NCBI GenBank assembly: GCA_033856175.1
Contig: JAWVFK010000018.1
Coordinates: 3,104-67,103, forward strand
Direction: 5' to 3'
Origin: Solirubrobacterales bacterium
Lineage (GTDB): Bacteria; Actinomycetota; Thermoleophilia; Solirubrobacterales; 70-9
Length of the DNA: 64,000 nt
Below, piece after piece: positions 35,049 through 41,744 of the stretch; within the stretch, counting starts at the first letter, position 1, and every line of letters begins with the position of its first letter. The notes under the pieces were generated by a model that was given only the letters and a program-made list of their open reading frames with translations, did no database searches and was not told where the DNA came from. The position numbers and the translations under genes were made by a program.

Positions 35049-36401
35049 CTACCAGTAGATAGCGACGATCTCCGAGTCGATCAGGTGCTCCTCTCCCTCG
35101 TCGCCTCCTTCGCTGGCGGTGGCAAACAAACCGTCCTGGGAGGCGCTGGCCCTATAGCCGTGCTCGGACATCAGGCTGTCGCGCAGGTCTGAAAGGCGAG
35201 CTCGATCGAGCTGCCGCCCGGTCCGGTCCTGGACACGCTTGGTGATCGAGGCGAGGGTTTTTCGCTGCTGCTCGACGGATGAAAAATCAGGTTCAAGGGC
35301 GTCCAGTCCCACCGCCTCTGTGTCTTCCTCGGACCACTCCGTCTCCGCCTCGGCGGCGACGGCTTCGGCGTACTCGGCGATGAGCGCGCGCCCCTCCCCC
35401 GCCTGCGGGGATTCGGAGCCGGCTGCTCCCCTGGCTACGCCGGCGAGGAACTCCGGTCCCACGTCATTGATTGCGGCGGCGACGCTCGGGACGAATCGCT
35501 GGAGCAGGTCCACGACCTTCACGGGGTGCCAGCTATCCCTAAGTCCGTCCGTATTGAGGCGGAACATCACGAAAAATCTCGAGTCCGAGAAGAGGACGCG
35601 GCGCAGGTCACGCCAGAACAGCTCCGCTTCCGCGACCGCGACGACGTGCAAGGGCTCGCGATCAACATCCACGCCGTCATCGAGCTTGTCGAGGAGCTCC
35701 TTCGAGGCGAGGAACTCCCGGGCGTCGATCACGATTCGCTCGTATCGCGCGGACTCACCCCGTATCGGGACCAGGCCTGAAAGGAGCTCGTCGAAGACCC
35801 TGTTGACACCCCGGGCCTGAGCCACGTCCCGCGGGTCCATGGTGAAGAACTCCGGCGCCTCCTCGAAGAAACCGAGCATCGTGGCGATCATCAGGCTCGC
35901 CTGAAAGATCGACTCGGCGTCGAGGGTCACCTCGAGCTCGAGGAGTTCGCCACGAGCGAGTTTGGCGGCGTCGACCAGATGGGCCGTCTTGTCGTCATCG
36001 CGAATCTTTCTCAGATCGTCGAGCGACGCGGCTGCGGGGACGTCCCCCGCCCCGACGCTGTCGTGAATCCGCATCTTTCCGGTCTCATACTCGACGAGGT
36101 CCTTGAACGACGCTTGGACATTCGCTTTGCGGACTACCTGAGTGCCGCGCGTCCGCGAGCCCTCGAGCTGGGAGCGCAGGCCAGCGCCGCCGAGGTGCGT
36201 GTTCACGCCGACGGAGGCTCCAACCGAGCTGCGGGTGGTCTCTGAATCCGTGTCGATCAGCTCGGTTGGGATCGCTCCCTTGCGGGAGGCCAGCAGGCTA
36301 TAGACGCTTACCTCATCGAGATAGACGAACTCACGTCTGTCGCCTTTGGGCTGCTCCTGGCCCCGCACCTTCGCCATCATCCTTTTGATCCACTTGATCA
36401 C
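35049..36401 (-). CDS. hypothetical 450-aa protein, translationally coupled partner of the AAA+ ATPase
   Basis: GTG 36401 overlaps the AAA+ stop (GTGA) and has GGAGGA 6 nt upstream; ATG 36380 is an alternative. The ORF-track start 36572 lies inside the AAA+ gene. No catalytic motif recognised. N-terminal REFVYLDEVSVYSLLASRKG, a Gly/Ser-rich stretch, and an acidic C-terminus ending IVAIYW. Confidence 0.7.
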   Translation of the reverse strand: MIKWIKRMMAKVRGQEQPKGDRREFVYLDEVSVYSLLASRKGAIPTELIDTDSETTRSSVGASVGVNTHLGGAGLRSQLEGSRTRGTQVVRKANVQASFKDLVEYETGKMRIHDSVGAGDVPAAASLDDLRKIRDDDKTAHLVDAAKLARGELLELEVTLDAESIFQASLMIATMLGFFEEAPEFFTMDPRDVAQARGVNRVFDELLSGLVPIRGESARYERIVIDAREFLASKELLDKLDDGVDVDREPLHVVAVAEAELFWRDLRRVLFSDSRFFVMFRLNTDGLRDSWHPVKVVDLLQRFVPSVAAAINDVGPEFLAGVARGAAGSESPQAGEGRALIAEYAEAVAAEAETEWSEEDTEAVGLDALEPDFSSVEQQRKTLASITKRVQDRTGRQLDRARLSDLRDSLMSEHGYRASASQDGLFATASEGGDEGEEHLIDSEIVAIYW

Positions 36402-37633
36402 TGTTGGTCCTCCGTGCTTCGGCGGGGCGCCTGTTCCAGCTGGCGTGCGCGGCTGTCTCGAACCCGTTCGTAGCCACCCCAGCAATCCTCTGTCTTCAGC
36501 TGCCCCCGGCCATCCGCGACCGCGAGCAGCGCCGCCTCGTTCCAGATCGCCGCGAGCTGAGCCGAGGTCCACCCTGCCGTCAGCCTCCCCAGCTCGTCCA
36601 ACGGCGGGCTATCAGCGACGTTGAGGCGCCTAGACGCCGCCGCGAGGATATTCTCGCGGTCCTCGTCCATCGGGTAGGGGAACCGAATCTCCCAGTCGAA
36701 GCGCCCAGGCCGCCGCAACGCCTTGTCGATGTCGTCGACCCGGTTGGTCGCCGCTACGACGATGACCTTGTCATCGCGCGTGAAGCCATCCATCAGCCCG
36801 AGCAGCTGGGCGACGACGCGGCGCGAGCCCTCGTAGGACTCTTCTCGTCGGCCGGCGACGCTATCGATCTCGTCGAAGAAGATGATCGAGCGGTCCTGCA
36901 TTGCGGCGTCCTCGAAGACGCGCCGGAGAATCGCCTCGCTGTCTCCCTGCCATTTGCTGAAGATCTGCGGCCCGTTGATCACATAGAAGGCGGCCCCCGA
37001 CTCCTTGGCGATGATCCGGGCGAGCATAGTCTTCCCGGTACCCGGGGGCCCCGTCATTAGCACCCCCCTTACCGGACGGGCTCCCGTCTGCTTGAGGAGT
37101 GCCTTCTTTCCCGGAGAAAGCTCGATCAGCTCCTTGGCTCGGTCGACGACGCTCTCCATCCCGCCGTAGTCATCGAACGTCTCGGTCAGCTCGCTGGGAT
37201 CGACCTTCAGATGCTCGATCGACACACCATCGTCGTCCCTGAATAGCGAGATTGACTCGCGCGTTAGAACGGCGACGACCTCGCCGTCCTTTAGCTCGAC
37301 CGTGTTTCCGACCTCATAGTCGGTGTCATTGGTCGGGGTGAGCACGAGGCTCCCGTTCACCGAGACGATGGTTTTCTCGTCGCCTTTGGTGCGAATGACC
37401 CCAACGTCCGGCGTGTCGGGCCAGAGCCGATCGGGCGCAGGAACGGCTATGGACTCGTCGGGATCAACTAATAGGAGGTCGCCGACCTCGAACTCAAACG
37501 GTGTCGCAGACGCCTCGAGGGATGCCACCTTGCCTGAGCGAAATTCGACGAAGAGCTCGTAGCCAGCGGCTTCGACCGCCCGAACCCTCGCCAGCGCTCC
37601 CTCTGCAGTCCGTGTCGCGCGCACCGCCTCCAT
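36398..37633 (-). CDS. classical-clade AAA+ ATPase (Cdc48/FtsH-like single AAA module) with unassigned ~190-aa N-domain
   Basis: Walker A GPPGTGKT, Walker B IIFFDEID, second region of homology ATNRVDDIDKALRRPGRFD; 411 aa. Confidence 0.85.
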   Translation of the reverse strand: MEAVRATRTAEGALARVRAVEAAGYELFVEFRSGKVASLEASATPFEFEVGDLLLVDPDESIAVPAPDRLWPDTPDVGVIRTKGDEKTIVSVNGSLVLTPTNDTDYEVGNTVELKDGEVVAVLTRESISLFRDDDGVSIEHLKVDPSELTETFDDYGGMESVVDRAKELIELSPGKKALLKQTGARPVRGVLMTGPPGTGKTMLARIIAKESGAAFYVINGPQIFSKWQGDSEAILRRVFEDAAMQDRSIIFFDEIDSVAGRREESYEGSRRVVAQLLGLMDGFTRDDKVIVVAATNRVDDIDKALRRPGRFDWEIRFPYPMDEDRENILAAASRRLNVADSPPLDELGRLTAGWTSAQLAAIWNEAALLAVADGRGQLKTEDCWGGYERVRDSRARQLEQAPRRSTEDQQ

Positions 37634-37721
37634 CAGAGCGCTGGCCCCAGACTAGACCGTCGACCCGCCATAGTCGCAGCATCGATCCCATGGTCGGGCA
37701 CAGATCGGAGGACGGCGGTCA

Positions 37722-38000
37722 CTAAATGTGGGCGTTGAGCCACTGCCATTGTTGCTCGGTAAGCCACCCCTGGTACGGCCGGGTGACCTTGCAGATAAAG
37801 AGCTTGTCATTGGCATCGATCAGGCTATTGCTGCGCAAGGCATCGACCCACTGCTGCGGAGCGGACGAAGTCTCCACGAACCACTGCGAGTAAAGCGGCC
37901 GGATGAAGGCCGATGCATGCTTCTCGATGTAGTTCTTGACCTTCGTGTAGCTAGACGGCCGCTCGAGGCCGCTCAGGTCGTAGGAGATGAGTAGGACCAT
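37722..38000 (-). CDS. hypothetical 92-aa protein, possible Cas2/VapD-like ferredoxin fold
   Basis: MVLLISYDLSG..KVKNYIEKHA..SQWFVETS..DKLFICKV mimics the Cas2 beta1(YD[IVL])-alpha-beta-beta pattern. Perfect AGGAGG 5 nt upstream of the ATG. Fold assignment is by eye only. Confidence 0.55.
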   Translation of the reverse strand: MVLLISYDLSGLERPSSYTKVKNYIEKHASAFIRPLYSQWFVETSSAPQQWVDALRSNSLIDANDKLFICKVTRPYQGWLTEQQWQWLNAHI

Positions 38001-38009
38001 GACCTCCTG

Positions 38010-38216
38010 CTACTTGTGACGGCGGTTGTATGGCGAGCGGTTGGGGGGCTTCAGCGAGATCTTCTTCTCGGAGGCCTTGGCCTGGACGGCCGGCTTGGTG
38101 CGGCCGAGCTTGAGGCCGATCACGCCGGTCGGAGTGTTCCCCTTCGCCAGCTTGCGGAGCTGGCGGACCTGGGCAGGGGTCCAGAGCTTGCCGGTGTTGC
38201 GGGTGGATTTGGGCAT
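38010..38216 (-). CDS. small basic Myb/SANT-like HTH protein (68 aa)
   Basis: KLWTPAQVRQLRKLAKGNTPTGVIGLKLGRTKPAVQAKA looks like a W-x2-x-E/Q..L..G..IA..LGRT Myb-like repeat, with a basic tail. Its stop is 9 nt before the next gene. Confidence 0.55.
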   Translation of the reverse strand: MPKSTRNTGKLWTPAQVRQLRKLAKGNTPTGVIGLKLGRTKPAVQAKASEKKISLKPPNRSPYNRRHK

Positions 38217-38255
38217 TGACTTTCGCGCCTTTCTCGCCTGACAGCTGGCGAATTC

Positions 38256-38331
38256 GAGTTCGTTATGACGAATCGTAGCAGGTTTTTCGATGTATGCAAG
38301 AATGGCGAAGAGGAGTTCGTGATGACGAATC
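38256..38331. promoter_or_regulatory. duplicated operator-like element in divergent promoter region
   Basis: gagttcgtTatgacgaatc (38256-38274) and gagttcgtGatgacgaatc (38313-38331): a 19-nt direct repeat with one mismatch. Each copy contains the inverted repeat TTCGT-N4-ACGAA. The copies are 57 bp apart. Confidence 0.55.
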
Positions 38332-39176
38332 AGGTCAACGAGCGGCAGTTATCTGTCTTCGAGCAGCTTCGTGACTCGGAGCCGAGCCTGGCCGACACCG
38401 AAATCGTGCGCAGGCTCTGCGAGCAGCTTCTGGATGAGGCCGACGTGCGGCCGCCGGTCCCGGTCGAGATGCTTGCCTCGCTGCGCGGGATCGCCAAGGT
38501 GCAGTCGGACGATCAGCCCTACGCGGGAATGTTGAGTCCTGAGGACGGGCGACTGGTGGTTACGGTCAGGCGAGGAGACGGGCACCGGCGCCGGCGTTTC
38601 ACCGTCTGCCATGAGGCGGCGCACACGCTCTTTCCGGGCTTCAGCGAGCGCCGCCAGTACCGCTGCAACGGCGAACGGACGTGGACCGAGAAGATGTGTG
38701 ACCTAGCGGCCGCAGAGCTGTTGCTCCCGAGGCGCTTCTTTGAGGCCGACTTGAGGCAGGCGGGCTTCGGGCTTGAGGCCGTAGAGGAGCTCGCCCGCGA
38801 CTACCAGGCGAGCATCGAAGCGACGGCGCGGCGAAGCGTCGCGCTCTGGAGCGCGCAGGAGGCGATGCTGATCGTGCTGCGCGCCCGTCACAAGCCGTCG
38901 GAGGCCGGACGCGAGGACGAGCTGCCGCCGAAGCTCAGGGTCGAGTATTCGTTCGGGCGCGGAGATTGGCCCTTCGTACTGCGCCACAAGTCCGCGAGCG
39001 CGAGCGGGCTCGGACGCGCGCTTGAGGGGGAGATCCTGGACGAGATCAGCGAGATCGACGAGCTCTGCGTCGGTTCGGCCGGCCGGGTGCGGGTCCAGGC
39101 ACGGCGCTACGGCGCCGATGGACGTGTGATCGCCTTGATCAACAAGACCACCGACAACGCAGGAGGTGAAGGTTGA
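38322..39176 (+). CDS. ImmA/IrrE-family zinc metallopeptidase (DUF955-like) with C-terminal extension
   Basis: HEAAH (HExxH) in RFTVCHEAAHTLFPG followed by AAELLLPRRFF, typical of ImmA/IrrE. ATG 38322 has GAGGAG 6 nt upstream. The ORF-track ATG 38265 is in frame and cannot be excluded. Confidence 0.8.
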   Translation: MTNQVNERQLSVFEQLRDSEPSLADTEIVRRLCEQLLDEADVRPPVPVEMLASLRGIAKVQSDDQPYAGMLSPEDGRLVVTVRRGDGHRRRRFTVCHEAAHTLFPGFSERRQYRCNGERTWTEKMCDLAAAELLLPRRFFEADLRQAGFGLEAVEELARDYQASIEATARRSVALWSAQEAMLIVLRARHKPSEAGREDELPPKLRVEYSFGRGDWPFVLRHKSASASGLGRALEGEILDEISEIDELCVGSAGRVRVQARRYGADGRVIALINKTTDNAGGEG

Positions 39177-39580
39177 CCACGAAGGAGAGCGTGGGGAGCC
39201 GGATTAAGAAACGTCGCGAAGAGAAGGGGATGAGCGCAACGAAGCTAGCTGAGAGGGCCGGCATCTCGAAGAGCTATCTATCGGAGCTCGAAGGCGCGAA
39301 CGGCGGGGCAAAGAAGCCATCGGCTGAGCTCCTGTATGAGATCGCCAGCGCGCTCGGCGTGGCGATGTCCGACCTACTGGGAAGGCCGATCATCAACAAT
39401 GGGGCCAGCAATAAAACGCGGCCGCCGTCGCTGATCAAGTTCGGGAAGAAGATGGGACTTCCCGAAGCGGACCTGCAGATGCTCGAGCAGATCCAGTTCC
39501 GCGGCGAGCCGCCCCAGACGCCGGAACGCTGGAGCTTTATCTACCAGGCGATCAAGGGCAGCGCCTCGATGGACGCGTAA
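39173..39580 (+). CDS. XRE-family HTH transcriptional regulator
   Basis: IKKRREEKGMSATKLAERAGISKSYLSELE is the Cro/C1-type HTH. TTG start overlapping the ImmA stop (TTGA); 135 aa. Confidence 0.85.
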   Translation: MTTKESVGSRIKKRREEKGMSATKLAERAGISKSYLSELEGANGGAKKPSAELLYEIASALGVAMSDLLGRPIINNGASNKTRPPSLIKFGKKMGLPEADLQMLEQIQFRGEPPQTPERWSFIYQAIKGSASMDA

Positions 39581-39851
39581 TCATCTAAGGGTGAGGAACC
39601 GCGCCGAATGTGCGAAGGCTCCTGGTTTCCGGGCCTTTGCGAGTAAGCCATGCTCAGACCTGACCGAGCGGGTCTTGCGGTGCCGCACCGCCGGCTAGGG
39701 GATCCGCAGGCGCCATCCAGGGACGTCGACGACCTTGTGAGCACCCCGCTTCCGGGGCCGCTTAAGTGGCGGGGACCCGCTACGTGTCTCGGGGCGACGG
39801 ACGGCTAGTCGATGGAGTGCGTCTACTCGCGCGTAAGCCTTGTTGACGCGC

Positions 39852-40685
39852 TCACGCCAGATTCAGAGCGGCTTTCAAACCGCTCACCACTCGGTACATG
39901 TGCTGGCCAACATTCTTTCGCAGCCGAGCCTCGGCGGCAGGCGTTCGCTTCTGGTGCGCCGCGCCAATACGATCCTTGTTAATTCGGCTTAGCACCTGCG
40001 CGAGCACGGTATCCGGGTGATTCGGCGTCTGGATGTTTGAAAACGCAATGGCCAGCCGACCTAATGACATCCTGTCGATCGTCTGATTAGTCAGAGCCCG
40101 ACGCCGGCCCGCCTTATTCAGGACCGTAATCCTGCCATCCGCAATCCCTTTCCGCAAGTACTTTGCACTCTCGATCTGCAGAACCTGACAGGCATCCTCG
40201 AACCCTTCGCGCCATTGTGATCGGTCGAATTGTTCATAGACCGGGCCAAGGAGCCGTTTGAGTTTCTTCGGGAGAGAGCCACGCACGGGAAGCTCAACGT
40301 TTACCGCAAGATCGCGTGCCACCAGCGCTTCCCGAACACCGTGCTTATCCGAGACACACACTCCTACGCCCATCTTCTGGAGACGGGCGTCATCCTCATT
40401 GCTGCGGAGAACGGAATCTGGCATTGCGAGCACGATTCGTGTGTCAGTCGTGCATGACCGACCGAAGCGAGACCATTCCTCAGCTCGCTCCAGCGATAGC
40501 TTGCCAGTCACTTCGACAAACACGCGGGTCGGCGGCCTGCGACATCGTAGAGTCGGGGTGTACGGGTATGCCGGATCGGCCGGTTCAGCTTTAACCGAAT
40601 ACCCATTGTCCGCATACCACGATGCCACGGCCTCGGCATGCTCCAATAGCTCTTCCGGAACCGTCAGAAAGCCGTGTCCGGCCAT
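39852..40685 (-). CDS. hypothetical 277-aa protein; N-terminal alpha/beta domain plus C-terminal helical domain with HEPN-like Rx4H
   Basis: The ORF starts 4 nt after the ParB-like gene's stop. R239-IGAA-H244 (NKDRIGAAHQKR; nt 39954-39971) fits the HEPN Rx4-6H motif near the end of an all-helical region. The N-terminal strands (TLRCRR, RVFVEVTGK, RIVLAMPD, VGVCVSD) suggest a nuclease-like alpha/beta fold (weak). Confidence 0.55.
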   Translation of the reverse strand: MAGHGFLTVPEELLEHAEAVASWYADNGYSVKAEPADPAYPYTPTLRCRRPPTRVFVEVTGKLSLERAEEWSRFGRSCTTDTRIVLAMPDSVLRSNEDDARLQKMGVGVCVSDKHGVREALVARDLAVNVELPVRGSLPKKLKRLLGPVYEQFDRSQWREGFEDACQVLQIESAKYLRKGIADGRITVLNKAGRRRALTNQTIDRMSLGRLAIAFSNIQTPNHPDTVLAQVLSRINKDRIGAAHQKRTPAAEARLRKNVGQHMYRVVSGLKAALNLA

Positions 40686-40689
40686 CGGA

Positions 40690-41631
40690 TTACCGCTTCA
40701 GAACTTTAGCGATCACGTGTTGCAGCTCTTCCAACATGTTGCGAAACTCATCATCCACTTCGAACGACCGCTCCAGTTGCGCGTGGAGGCGGGTCAACAG
40801 TCTCGAGACAAGCTGCTGCGACCCGTGCTGATAGTCGATCCCTTCGACAGTGGACTCGAAGGCGCGTTTGATCGTGAAGCGCGGTTCCGTGATCAACCGT
40901 CGCGTAACTTTGCGTGCTGTGGCGGCCGAGACCTGCTCACGATCAACGGCACGACCAATTCGCATGAGCTGGCGGGGCTCCACCGTGTTGGTCTCGGTCC
41001 GATCCTTGAACTTATCCACTAGCGCCCTGCGAAGCTGCTCTTCTTCATCGCGGTTAATGATCTCCCGGCTACGAAGTGCAGCTGCTCCCTTACTCGCCTC
41101 CAACACATGATCAACAGTGAGGCTCTGCTGTGAGCGTGGCAGCTCCAGCTGGGCCATCAGTTCGTTGTGGTACTCGTCAGGCAGGGCCAGAAGCTGTCGG
41201 AGGCGACGTACCTCGCCCCGTGAGATCGAAGCGATCTGGGCCAATTCCTTCTCGCTCGGCTTGCGGCCCTGCCGCTGAGCGTATTCGTGCTCAAGCTCCT
41301 GCAACTTGTAGGCGGTCGGCAGAGGGTCCCAATCCTTGCGAGCGTTGTGGATCGCGAACATCATCATGATGTTCTGGAGCCGATCGGGCTCGGCTTGGAC
41401 GACGACCGGGATGCGGGGCAGTCCGAGCTTCAAGGCACATCGCCAGCGACGCTCTCCGTCGAGTAGGACATGTCTCCTGCCCTTCTCGAAGACACTGAGA
41501 GGCACGAGGACTCCCTGCAGCTTGATGCTGTCCTCAAGCGCTTGAAGCTCAGCCTCATGAAAGATGAGCCGAGGGTTATCCGGGTTCGGATCGATGTCCC
41601 TCGGGGCAAGAAGAGTCTGCGAGCTAGCCAT
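40690..41631 (-). CDS. ParB/Sulfiredoxin-like N-terminal-domain protein with helical C-terminal extension
   Basis: IDPNPDNPRL..LEDSIKLQGVLVPLSV..LLDGERRWRCA carries the ParB-box GxRR motif; 313 aa. No partition partner (parA) is nearby. Confidence 0.8.
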   Translation of the reverse strand: MASSQTLLAPRDIDPNPDNPRLIFHEAELQALEDSIKLQGVLVPLSVFEKGRRHVLLDGERRWRCALKLGLPRIPVVVQAEPDRLQNIMMMFAIHNARKDWDPLPTAYKLQELEHEYAQRQGRKPSEKELAQIASISRGEVRRLRQLLALPDEYHNELMAQLELPRSQQSLTVDHVLEASKGAAALRSREIINRDEEEQLRRALVDKFKDRTETNTVEPRQLMRIGRAVDREQVSAATARKVTRRLITEPRFTIKRAFESTVEGIDYQHGSQQLVSRLLTRLHAQLERSFEVDDEFRNMLEELQHVIAKVLKR

Positions 41632-41718
41632 ATCGCGACCCGCTCAATGCCTCCGCGCAGGCCGATAATCGAGCGCCCTCCATCCAGCCAGAGAGGCCAG
41701 AAGTCCTTTGCAGGGACC

Positions 41719-41731
41719 TCAAATGATTTGA
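41719..41731. promoter_or_regulatory. perfect AT-rich palindrome upstream of dam-like gene
   Basis: TCAAAT-g-ATTTGA at 41719-41731, 14 nt before ATG 41745. It overlaps tgataaat (an extended -10-like element) at 41729-41736. Confidence 0.35.
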
Positions 41732-41744
41732 TAAATGCAGCACC

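Noticed and set aside
36402-36572. Longer start (36572) for the 450-aa island protein
   Set aside because: It would overlap the last 57 codons of the AAA+ gene. GTG 36401 has a perfect GGAGGA and GTGA stop-start coupling.
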